A stretch of 64,000 nt of DNA from an uncultured Roseburia sp. (lineage in GTDB: Bacteria; Bacillota; Clostridia; Lachnospirales; Lachnospiraceae). The notes beneath the pieces are model-generated. The model ran no database searches and was not told where the DNA came from. It saw only the letters and a program-made list of their open reading frames with translations. The stretch spans positions 8,804 through 72,803 of the forward strand of contig CAKQXQ010000009.1 of assembly GCA_934292805.1 (NCBI GenBank), written 5' to 3'. The translations under genes were made by a program, and so were the position numbers. This document shows positions 51,175-59,637 of this stretch, one piece after another (position 1 is the first letter of the stretch; each line of letters starts with the position of its first letter).

Positions 51175-51693
51175 ATGTCAAATCCAATCGTTACAATTGA
51201 AATGGAAAACGGCGATATCATGAAAGCTGAGCTTTATCCTGAAATCGCACCAAATACCGTAAACAACTTTATCAGTCTTGTCAAAAAAGGCTTTTATGAC
51301 GGAGTGATCTTCCATCGTGTCATCAACGGATTCATGATCCAGGGCGGCGATCCTGACGGAACAGGAATGGGTGGTCCTGGCTATTCGATCAAAGGAGAAT
51401 TCTCCCAGAACGGATTCAAAAATGATTTAACACATACAGAAGGTGTGTTATCTATGGCGAGAACTATGATCCCTGATTCTGCAGGCTCCCAGTTCTTTAT
51501 TATGCATAAAAACTCTCCTCATTTGAATGGTGCTTATGCTGCATTTGGTAAAGTGATCGAGGGTATGGACATCGTCAATAAAATTGCTGAGACAACAACT
51601 GACTACTCTGACCGTCCATTACAGCCACAGGTTATGAAAACTGTTACTGTCGAGACTTTCGGTGTTGATTATCCGGAACCTGAAAAATGCTAA
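51175..51693 (+). CDS. ppiB: Cyclophilin-type peptidyl-prolyl isomerase
   Basis: Motifs FHRVINGFMIQGGDP and SMAR…SQFFI. Confidence 0.93.
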   Translation: MSNPIVTIEMENGDIMKAELYPEIAPNTVNNFISLVKKGFYDGVIFHRVINGFMIQGGDPDGTGMGGPGYSIKGEFSQNGFKNDLTHTEGVLSMARTMIPDSAGSQFFIMHKNSPHLNGAYAAFGKVIEGMDIVNKIAETTTDYSDRPLQPQVMKTVTVETFGVDYPEPEKC

Positions 51694-51698
51694 TACCC

Positions 51699-51742
51699 AT
51701 CATCTGCCGGCCGTGACACAGCTCACTGCCGGCATGATTTTC
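51699..51742 (+). terminator. Intrinsic terminator after ppiB
   Basis: Bulged stem ATCAT(CT)GCCGG (51699-51710) pairs with CCGGCATGAT (51729-51738). TTT (51739-51741) follows. Confidence 0.6.
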
Positions 51743-51815
51743 CTCTTTCTTATTCTTACAGCAACTTCATAATCTTTTCAAAAAACAACTCTGTTTTTTA
51801 TCATAGCATACTTTT

Positions 51816-52631
51816 TCATATACATACAAAAATATATTTTAAATATTTTCTCTCTTCTTTCGGATCTATCACATTTACAATGCTTAAACTGTATATATCG
51901 GATGCCGGTTTCAATCCTTCCTCTCTTATATAAGAAGCAATCTGTCTGTACATCTGCCGGATATCTCCGTCATTTTCCGTACAGACCGCAACGATTGCAT
52001 CTGTTTCCGGTATTTCTATTACATCCGGCAGGCTTTTTTCTTCTGCAAAGCTAAATACATTTTTGTAAGTATATCTTTCCTGCATAAAATCCTGCCATCC
52101 GATAGATGCCCCCATTGGAAAAGACTGGATTCCCGGATAGTCGCATTCCATGAGATGTCGTCTGACGTCCTCTGATATTTCAACGGAAGATGTTGCCGGA
52201 TGTGATTCGATTCCTGTCTGTTTCAGATACATTTTTTCTGAAAAATGGCATCTGACAGGCTTTCCCACATCATTTGCCCGAATCTGCTTTAATAGCTTTC
52301 TTGTGCTTGTGATCACGCCAATTTTTCTGTCCAGCTCCAGGCGCATACGTAAAAGTGCATCATATTGTTTTTCAACAAATTCATCAAACCGCACTTTATC
52401 ACCGGCAAGCAAATATTCTTTTATATCAGCAACAGAACAGTCCAGGTCACGAAATGTTTTAATAAAATAGTAAGAGCTGATCTGGGCATGACTATAATAA
52501 TGATATCCATTCCATTCATTTTTATAAGGGACTAAAATACCCTGTTTCTCATAATATCGAAGCGTATCCCTTGTTGTCTGGCATATTTTTGCAAACTCTC
52601 CGGCTAAGATACAATATTCTTTCTTCTCCAT
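51816..52631 (-). CDS. MerR family regulator with a GyrI-like effector-binding C-terminal domain
   Basis: N-terminal MerR HTH (AGEFAKICQTTRDTLRYYEKQGIL), a coiled-coil linker, and a C-terminal half of about 150 aa. Confidence 0.85.
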   Translation of the reverse strand: MEKKEYCILAGEFAKICQTTRDTLRYYEKQGILVPYKNEWNGYHYYSHAQISSYYFIKTFRDLDCSVADIKEYLLAGDKVRFDEFVEKQYDALLRMRLELDRKIGVITSTRKLLKQIRANDVGKPVRCHFSEKMYLKQTGIESHPATSSVEISEDVRRHLMECDYPGIQSFPMGASIGWQDFMQERYTYKNVFSFAEEKSLPDVIEIPETDAIVAVCTENDGDIRQMYRQIASYIREEGLKPASDIYSLSIVNVIDPKEERKYLKYIFVCI

Positions 52632-52655
52632 ATTTCCTTCTTTCTAAAAACATTC

Positions 52656-52686
52656 TTGACATGGGTGTTACACCCAGCTTTATTCT
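52656..52686 (+). promoter_or_regulatory. MerR-type promoter: 19-bp spacer carrying a perfect dyad operator
   Basis: TTGACA (52656-52661), a 19-nt spacer containing TGGGTGT-T-ACACCCA (52662-52676), then TATTCT (52681-52686). On the opposite strand, TGcTAGAAT (52690-52682) overlaps as the likely merR promoter. Confidence 0.65.
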
Positions 52687-52722
52687 AGCACATAAATGAA
52701 TTTTTAACGAGGAGATTTTATC

Positions 52723-53961
52723 ATGAATATTATCAAAAAAATATACTGCCGGACTTTTCAACAGTGTTTTCATATTGCAATCCCATTTTTGCCATACCAT
52801 GAGCCTAAACTGATCGATGGTTTTTCCGGTATACCGGACATTTTAAAGAAGCATCACATCAAACGCATTCTGCTCGTCACCGATTCCGGTGTTTATGGTC
52901 TCGGACTTACAAAACCTTTGGAAAATCTGTTGCAGAAACATGGTATTTTTGTTAGTTTATATACAGACACTGTTGCGAATCCTACTTCCGATAATGTGGA
53001 GGCCGGACGCACACAATATTTAAAAGATCATTGTGAAGCACTGCTTGCATTCGGCGGTGGTTCTTCCATGGATTGTGCCAAGGGAATCGGTGCCAGACTT
53101 GCCCGTCCACATAAATCACTCTCTGAAATGGAAGGAATTCTCCGTGTTATGCATAAGCTTCCTCTTCTGATCGCAATTCCGACAACAGCAGGCACCGGTA
53201 GTGAGACAACCTTAGCCGCTGTTATCACTGACTCCGAAACACATCATAAGTATGCGATCAATGACTTTTTCCTGATCCCGGATTATGCTGTTTTAGAACC
53301 TCAGATCACCGTTGGTCTTCCACCACAGCTTACCGCTACTACCGGGATGGACGCTTTAACACACGCAGTAGAAGCATATATCGGTCAATCCACGACAAAA
53401 CAGACCCGCAAGGCATCTATTGAAGCTGTCCGGCTTATTTTCGATAATCTGCCGATAGCTTACGCAGATGGAGGCAATCTTACTGCAAGAGCAAATATGC
53501 TCCGTGCTTCTTATCTTGCCGGAACTGCTTTTACAAAAAGCTATGTCGGATATGTCCATGCGGTTGCCCACAGTCTTGGCGGATGTTATGGCATTGCCCA
53601 CGGACTTGCCAACTCAGTGCTTCTTCCTATCGTATTAAGAGCATATGGTTCTTCTGCCCACAAAAAACTGGCAGAACTGTCGCGTGCAGCTGGTATCTCT
53701 GATCATCCCACAGACAGCAAAGCTGCGGAAGAATTCATCTGTCATATTGAAGAACTGAATACCTCCATGAATATTCCAAAAACACTTTCCGGCATCTGTG
53801 ATAAGGATATCCCTATGCTTGCAGCCTATGCTGACCATGAGGCTAACCCTCTTTATCCGGTTCCATCCCTCTGGGACAGAAAGGAGCTGGAGCAAATTTA
53901 CTATCTTGTACAGGGACAGACATATCCTGTGCAGGAATACACTGAAAGGATTTTATTATGA
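52723..53961 (+). CDS. Iron-containing (group III) alcohol dehydrogenase
   Basis: GGGSSMDCAK and the metal-binding His region (HAVAHSLGG). Confidence 0.9.
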   Translation: MNIIKKIYCRTFQQCFHIAIPFLPYHEPKLIDGFSGIPDILKKHHIKRILLVTDSGVYGLGLTKPLENLLQKHGIFVSLYTDTVANPTSDNVEAGRTQYLKDHCEALLAFGGGSSMDCAKGIGARLARPHKSLSEMEGILRVMHKLPLLIAIPTTAGTGSETTLAAVITDSETHHKYAINDFFLIPDYAVLEPQITVGLPPQLTATTGMDALTHAVEAYIGQSTTKQTRKASIEAVRLIFDNLPIAYADGGNLTARANMLRASYLAGTAFTKSYVGYVHAVAHSLGGCYGIAHGLANSVLLPIVLRAYGSSAHKKLAELSRAAGISDHPTDSKAAEEFICHIEELNTSMNIPKTLSGICDKDIPMLAAYADHEANPLYPVPSLWDRKELEQIYYLVQGQTYPVQEYTERILL

Positions 53962-55337
53962 CTGAACAGGACATCCAGATTATTTTAAAAGAACAGCATG
54001 ACTTTTTTGCCACCGGGAAAACTATCCCTGTTGAATTCCGTATGGAACAGCTGGCAAAACTGAAACATTCCCTTATCTCTCATGAAGAAGACTTAAACAC
54101 CGCTCTGAAAAAGGATCTCGGCAAGAGCCAGATGGAAAGTTATATGTGTGAAGTAGGACTCACCTTATCAGAGCTGACCTGGATGATGAAGCATGTTAAA
54201 AAACTCGCAAAAGAAAAAACAGTCCATACCCCGATCGCACAGTTTGCAGCAAGAAGTTTCCGTTCGCCTTCCCCATATGGTAATGTACTTATCATGAGTC
54301 CATGGAACTATCCGGTACTCCTTACTCTTGATCCACTGATCGATGCGATCGCTGCAGGTAATACTGCAATTGTAAAGCCAAGTGCCTATGCGCCTTACAC
54401 CTGTGAAGTTTTAAAACAGATCATAGAAGAATGTTATCCAAGAAATTATGTTGCTGTGATCACCGGAGGACGTTTGGAAAATCAGGCTCTGTTACAACAG
54501 CATTTTGATATGATTTTCTTTACAGGCGGAAAAACCGTAGGCCGTGAAGTACTGCTTCATGCAGCAGAATATCTGACTCCTGTTACTCTTGAGCTCGGTG
54601 GAAAAAGTCCTTGTATTGTAGATAAAACTGCCAACATAAAGCTTGCTGCCAGACGTATTGTATTCGGAAAATACCTAAACTGCGGACAGACCTGTGTTGC
54701 CCCGGATTACCTGCTCTGTGACCGTTCCGTACGTGACGAACTGATCACTGCGATCCTTTCTGAAATTGAAAAACAATTCGGGAAAAATCCATTAGACAAT
54801 GAAAACTACGGAAAAATCATCAACGAAAAACACTTTGACCGTATCCTCGGTCTTATTAATCGTGACAAGCTCGTATTTGGTGGAGAATCTGACAGAAATA
54901 CACTCCGCATTTCGCCAACTGTCATGAATAATATCACCTGGGAAGATGCTGTTATGGGTGAAGAGATCTTTGGTCCACTCCTTCCGATTCTTACTTTTGA
55001 ATCACTTGATGATGCGATCCGCACAGTAGAATCACATCCTCATCCGCTGGCTTTATATTTCTTCAGTGAAGATCGTGCCGCACAGAAAAAAGTATTAGAT
55101 CTCTGCCACTTTGGCGGAGGATGTATCAATGATACGATCATCCACCTTGCAACAAGTGCAATGCCTTTCGGCGGTGTAGGGGAAAGCGGTATGGGCGGCT
55201 ATCACGGAAAAGCCGGATTTGAAACATTCAGCCATTACAGAAGTATCGTTGACAAGAAAACCTTTATGGATCTTCCAATCCGCTACCAGAAATATACGCA
55301 TCTCAAAGAAAAAATGCTGCGCATGTTTTTAAAATAA
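53958..55337 (+). CDS. Aldehyde dehydrogenase (class-3-like, about 459 aa)
   Basis: ELGGKSP and the catalytic Cys context (GQTCVAPDY). Its start overlaps the ADH stop (ATGA). Confidence 0.9.
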   Translation: MTEQDIQIILKEQHDFFATGKTIPVEFRMEQLAKLKHSLISHEEDLNTALKKDLGKSQMESYMCEVGLTLSELTWMMKHVKKLAKEKTVHTPIAQFAARSFRSPSPYGNVLIMSPWNYPVLLTLDPLIDAIAAGNTAIVKPSAYAPYTCEVLKQIIEECYPRNYVAVITGGRLENQALLQQHFDMIFFTGGKTVGREVLLHAAEYLTPVTLELGGKSPCIVDKTANIKLAARRIVFGKYLNCGQTCVAPDYLLCDRSVRDELITAILSEIEKQFGKNPLDNENYGKIINEKHFDRILGLINRDKLVFGGESDRNTLRISPTVMNNITWEDAVMGEEIFGPLLPILTFESLDDAIRTVESHPHPLALYFFSEDRAAQKKVLDLCHFGGGCINDTIIHLATSAMPFGGVGESGMGGYHGKAGFETFSHYRSIVDKKTFMDLPIRYQKYTHLKEKMLRMFLK

Positions 55338-55398
55338 TTCTAACTGTCCAGTCCTCACAGTTACATATAATTTACGAAAACTCTTATCAAAAAGACAA

Positions 55399-55440
55399 AC
55401 CGGACACTGCTGTCAGATTCACAGCAATGTCCGGTATTTT
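55399..55440. terminator. Bidirectional terminator between the convergent ALDH and deoD genes
   Basis: A 15-bp stem with one mismatch pairs 55399-55413 with 55421-55435. An A-run precedes it and a T-run follows. Confidence 0.7.
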
Positions 55441-55452
55441 CATTAAAGATAA

Positions 55453-56169
55453 TTATTCTGCGATTGCAGCTTCCAAAGCCACCTTCATCATATTGGTAAA
55501 TGCATTCTGGCGTTCTTCTGCTGTTGTTACTTCATGAGTAACAAGTGAATCGGAAATAGTAAGAATACATGCTGCATTCCTGCCTAATACTTTCGCATTG
55601 TGGAACAATGCAAAACTTTCCATCTCAACACATAAGCAATCCTTTTCGTTACGATAATATTCGTATCCCGGTCTTCCCTCTTCATAATAGAAAACATCTC
55701 CGGAATGGATTCTTCCAACATGAAGTGGAAGTTCCAGTTTCTCTGCTGCCTTCTCAATCTTTTCATTCAGTTCCCTGCCCGGATACTGAACTTCATCGGT
55801 ATCACCGCTCTGAACTTCTGCATAATTGGACTCACTGAAACAACTGTCTGCGAGTACAAGATCATATACCTTAAGATCCTTATCATATGCACCTGCTGAA
55901 CCGATACGGATAATGTTTTCAACATCATAAAACTTAAAAAGTTCATAAGAATAAATTCCGATGGATGGCATTCCCATTCCACTAGCCATAACCGAAACCG
56001 GTTTTCCGTGGTATGTTCCTGTATAAGCATATACATTACGAACAGTATTTACAAGCTTTGCGTCCTCCAGGAAATGTTCTGCTACAAACTTTGCACGAAG
56101 CGGATCACCTGGCATTAATACACTTTTTGCGATCTGACCTTTTTCTGCTTCATTATGTGGTGTTGACAT
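55453..56169 (-). CDS. deoD: Purine nucleoside phosphorylase, DeoD type
   Basis: Hexameric PNP pattern (…GMGMPSIGIYSYEL…EMES). The start was trimmed to the ATG at 56169, behind AGGAGGG. Confidence 0.92.
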   Translation of the reverse strand: MSTPHNEAEKGQIAKSVLMPGDPLRAKFVAEHFLEDAKLVNTVRNVYAYTGTYHGKPVSVMASGMGMPSIGIYSYELFKFYDVENIIRIGSAGAYDKDLKVYDLVLADSCFSESNYAEVQSGDTDEVQYPGRELNEKIEKAAEKLELPLHVGRIHSGDVFYYEEGRPGYEYYRNEKDCLCVEMESFALFHNAKVLGRNAACILTISDSLVTHEVTTAEERQNAFTNMMKVALEAAIAE

Positions 56170-56298
56170 AAAAATCCCTCCTTTTTCTTTGTAATTAACA
56201 ACGGAACTGTATGCAGCCAACCCGTATACAGTTCCGTATAAAATCACTTGTTCTGTTATTAGTGTAACATAATTTATGAATTACAACAACCCGGTTTT

Positions 56299-57672
56299 CT
56301 AAATCACTTTAAACTCAAGCCATTTTCCCTGCAAGAATCTCCATGTGAATACGCCTGCTCTGAATATCCAGTCAAGTACCATAGCGATCCATACTCCTAT
56401 GGCTCCCCATCCAAAGCCGATCGCAAAGAAAACACTGAACAAAATTCGAAACATAAACATTGAAAAAACGGACACAACCATGCAGAATTTCACATCACCG
56501 GAAGCCCTTAATGCATTCGGCATTGTAAATGCAGTCGGCCATAATAACATCGCCATTCCATCATGTATCATCACTAAAATATATGCATATCTATAGGATT
56601 CTGCAGATAACGAATATAATTTCAAAAGCCATGGTAACGATATAAGAATCAGCGAATTTACCGTAATTGTGATCAGATATGTTATTTTCCACAATTTCTT
56701 TGTATAATAAATTGCCTGTTCTTTGTCCCCTGCACCCATGCATTGTCCAATGACTGTGATCATTGCAAGATTCATCGCCTGCCCTGCAATACATCCCATG
56801 GAATCAAGACTGTTTGCAACGGCATTTGCTGCGATCTGTGTTGTTCCGAATAATGCAATGATACTGACTACGATCACTCTTCCAAACTGAAAAAGACCAT
56901 TTTCTATTCCACTCGGAATTGCAATGTGCAGGATTCTTAACACCATGCCCTTTTCCCATGAACCTATCTTTTTTATGGATATTTGTACTTCATTCTCCTT
57001 ACGGGTTACTAAAAACAATAATAAAAATGCACCAAAAACCCTGGAAATAAAAGTAGACAGTGCATCACCGGCTACTCCCATTGACAGTCCGAAAATAAAA
57101 ATGGCATTTCCCACGATATTCATCAGATTCATCACAAAAGAAATCTTCATTGAAATCTTTGCATTTCCCATAGACCGAAAGATCGCCGCACAGGCATTAA
57201 AAACTGCCAAAAACGGGTAAGACCATGCACTTATCATAAAATATGTACTGGCACTTTTCATAACATCCGCCTCAATGGAACCAAATAATAATTGCAAGAT
57301 CCACCGGTTTCCAACCATTGACATCACCATTAAACATGCTGAAATTGCAATCGCAACTGTGATAAGCTGTGTCGCTGCCTTTGACGCATTGATTTTATCC
57401 TTGCAGCCAAGATACTGTGATATAACGACTGCTCCACCTGTAGCAATTGCAGCAAAAATATTGATCAGCAGGTTGTTTATCATATCTACAAGGGATACTC
57501 CGGAAACAGCTGCTTCTCCGGCATACGATATCATGATCGTATCTGTCATGCCTACGGTTATAACAAGAATCTGTTCTATAATCAGTGGATATATCAACCG
57601 CCTGATCTGTTCCCTGGAAAACATCGTACCTTTTATTGAGTTGTTATATTTTTCACAAATACCATATTTCAT
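56299..57672 (-). CDS. MATE family efflux transporter
   Basis: 12 predicted transmembrane segments and a MATE-type N-terminus (IRRLIYPLIIEQ). The start is the ATG at 57672; the ATG at 57624 is an alternative. Confidence 0.88.
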   Translation of the reverse strand: MKYGICEKYNNSIKGTMFSREQIRRLIYPLIIEQILVITVGMTDTIMISYAGEAAVSGVSLVDMINNLLINIFAAIATGGAVVISQYLGCKDKINASKAATQLITVAIAISACLMVMSMVGNRWILQLLFGSIEADVMKSASTYFMISAWSYPFLAVFNACAAIFRSMGNAKISMKISFVMNLMNIVGNAIFIFGLSMGVAGDALSTFISRVFGAFLLLFLVTRKENEVQISIKKIGSWEKGMVLRILHIAIPSGIENGLFQFGRVIVVSIIALFGTTQIAANAVANSLDSMGCIAGQAMNLAMITVIGQCMGAGDKEQAIYYTKKLWKITYLITITVNSLILISLPWLLKLYSLSAESYRYAYILVMIHDGMAMLLWPTAFTMPNALRASGDVKFCMVVSVFSMFMFRILFSVFFAIGFGWGAIGVWIAMVLDWIFRAGVFTWRFLQGKWLEFKVI

Positions 57673-57676
57673 CAAT

Positions 57677-57754
57677 TTACTTATCCTCGATCATTTTAAA
57701 AAAGAATCTCGCCTGCGAGATTCTCCGCCTGCGGCGGGTCGCAATATGCGACAT
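57677..57754 (-). CDS. Candidate 25-codon leader mini-ORF (MSHIATRRRRRISQARFFFKMIEDK)
   Basis: The ATG sits 8 nt after a GGCGGA SD-like element. The ORF spans the terminator and stops 4 nt before the MATE ATG. It could be a fortuitous open frame in GC-rich stems. Confidence 0.3.
   Translation of the reverse strand: MSHIATRRRRRISQARFFFKMIEDK
57697..57724 (-). terminator. Intrinsic terminator about 25 nt upstream of the MATE start; it also ends the kdgK operon transcript
   Basis: In minus sense, AGAAUCUCGC (57724-57715) pairs with GCGAGAUUCU (57712-57703). U6 follows (57702-57697). Confidence 0.75.
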
Positions 57755-57836
57755 ATTTCTTATCCGCCGCAGTGCGATCCTCGCGGAGCGTTTTTTTGTA
57801 ATGGAAACGAAGTTTCCTATTACAAAGTTCGACTAA

Positions 57837-57865
57837 ATAATAGCACCATTCAAATTGATGTTCAA
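57837..57865 (-). promoter_or_regulatory. Candidate extended -10 sigma-A promoter for the MATE leader
   Basis: In minus sense: TTGAAC (57865-57860), a 17-nt spacer ending in TGc, then TATTAT (57842-57837). Confidence 0.55.
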
Positions 57866-57896
57866 TGACAATTTTCCTGTAACTTAAATCATCTCT

Positions 57897-58949
57897 TTAT
57901 CTTTTTATATCAAAATTCATATTCATAATATTTTTTATTGCTTCGGCATCATCTGTGATATTTGCATCGCCTCTTATTGTATGCTTTATTGCACTGCTTG
58001 CCACAGCAAAATTAATCAGATCCATCGGTTCATACTGATTCATCACCGCGTAGATCAAACCGGAAGCAAATGCGTCACCCCCTCCGACTCTGTCTAATAT
58101 ATCGAAGGTAAACATTTTACTCTCATAAGTTTTTCCATCATACCATAAGTATGCTTTCAAACTGTTTTCGCTTCCGCTTTGAGCATAACGAACATGACGA
58201 GCCATAAGGGTAATATTAGGATATTGAATGGCAAAATATGAAAAAATCTCGTCTTGCTGTTCGCAGCTCAAATGAAGCGGGATCCCATCTTTTACATCCC
58301 CTTTTTGTGGATTTAAAGGATCTTTATACAAATGATAAGGTTCGATTCCTATCAACACATTTATGTATGGCAAACATTGTGTGCAGAAGTCTCTTGCCTC
58401 TTCCCATGACCATAATGTACTTCGAAAGTTTCCATCGAAACTAACTGTTATACCAAGCTCTTTTGCAGCTTTTAGTGAATCCATTATAAGTTCACGGCAA
58501 TTTGCTGCCAGAGCCGGTGTAATACCACTTAAGTGCAACCATGTATAGCCAGACAGTAAAGCTTTCAAATCAACTTTTGAAAAATCATATTCAGTAATTG
58601 CACTGTGCTTTCTATCATAAATCGCCTTGCTTGGACGGATTCCATATCCGGCTTCAAGATAATAACTTCCTAACCTGTGCGTCGGAGTCTCTTCCGGTGT
58701 TGAAAAAATTACCGGTTCACAATTCACATCATTCGCACGAAGCATTCTGACTGCACTTTTTCCGATGCTGTTATCCGGAACGACTGAGAAAAAGGCAGCG
58801 TCGATTCCAAGATTTGCAAGTGCTACAGCAATATTTGCCTCTGCACCACCATAATTTGCTTCAAATGTATGAGTCATTCTGATCTTTTCATAATTTGGCG
58901 GGGTCAGTCGAAGCATGATCTCACCCATCGTAATAAATCTGTGTTTCAT
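57897..58949 (-). CDS. kdgK: PfkB-family sugar kinase, 2-dehydro-3-deoxygluconokinase-like
   Basis: Ribokinase-fold signature (GGGDAFASG). Adjacent to eda and a sugar-acid dehydratase. Confidence 0.8.
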   Translation of the reverse strand: MKHRFITMGEIMLRLTPPNYEKIRMTHTFEANYGGAEANIAVALANLGIDAAFFSVVPDNSIGKSAVRMLRANDVNCEPVIFSTPEETPTHRLGSYYLEAGYGIRPSKAIYDRKHSAITEYDFSKVDLKALLSGYTWLHLSGITPALAANCRELIMDSLKAAKELGITVSFDGNFRSTLWSWEEARDFCTQCLPYINVLIGIEPYHLYKDPLNPQKGDVKDGIPLHLSCEQQDEIFSYFAIQYPNITLMARHVRYAQSGSENSLKAYLWYDGKTYESKMFTFDILDRVGGGDAFASGLIYAVMNQYEPMDLINFAVASSAIKHTIRGDANITDDAEAIKNIMNMNFDIKR

Positions 58950-58974
58950 ACGCTACCTCCTGTCATTCCTTTCA

Positions 58975-59613
58975 TTATCCTCGAATACTTTTTGCAAGCT
59001 CTGCAGCTTCTTTTGTCATTCTGGCGATTTTATCAAATTCACCTGCTTTGATCATATCACCTTTCACCATCCAGCTTCCTCCGCAACAAATAATTTTGTC
59101 ACAGCTTAAATAGTCTTTGAGATTATTTACACTCACTCCACCGGTTGGCATAAATTTAAGCATTGTATAAGGAGCGGATAATGCTTTAATCGTTGATACT
59201 CCGCCAAACTGCTCTGCAGGGAAGAATTTCACAACCTCTAAGCCTTTCTTTACTGCCTGTGCTGCCTCTGATGGAGAAATGATTCCCGGTAAAACCGGTA
59301 TCTCTTTTTCAATACAATAATCCACGATTTCAGGATCAAAACCAGGACTTACAATAAACTTCGCTCCGGCACCTACTGCTTTGTCAACCTGCTCGATCGT
59401 AAGAACCGTTCCTGCTCCTACCAACATATCCGGATATTTTTCAGACATAATTTTAATGGATTCTTCCGCTGCTTTCGTTCTGAATGTAACTTCTGCACAA
59501 GGAAGTCCGCCTTCAACCAAAGCATCTGCAAGTTTTTCAGCATCTTTTGCATCTTCAAGTACTACAACCGGTACAACAAGCATTTTTCCTAATTCTTCAA
59601 TAATTGTATTCAT
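58975..59613 (-). CDS. eda: KDPG / 4-hydroxy-2-oxoglutarate aldolase
   Basis: Class I aldolase pattern (…GAGTVL…VKFFPA…), about 212 aa. Confidence 0.9.
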   Translation of the reverse strand: MNTIIEELGKMLVVPVVVLEDAKDAEKLADALVEGGLPCAEVTFRTKAAEESIKIMSEKYPDMLVGAGTVLTIEQVDKAVGAGAKFIVSPGFDPEIVDYCIEKEIPVLPGIISPSEAAQAVKKGLEVVKFFPAEQFGGVSTIKALSAPYTMLKFMPTGGVSVNNLKDYLSCDKIICCGGSWMVKGDMIKAGEFDKIARMTKEAAELAKSIRG

Positions 59614-59637
59614 AAAATTTGCCTCTCTTCACTATAA

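Noticed and set aside
57794-57826. A 14-bp hairpin after kdgK, considered as the operon terminator
   Set aside because: In minus sense it is followed by A7, not a U-tract. The T-run lies on the wrong side. The real terminator is the hairpin plus U6 at 57724-57697.
57275-57868. 197-aa plus-strand ORF spanning the MATE N-terminus and the leader
   Set aside because: It is antisense to a well-supported MATE gene, has low-complexity composition and no SD. It is a typical shadow ORF.
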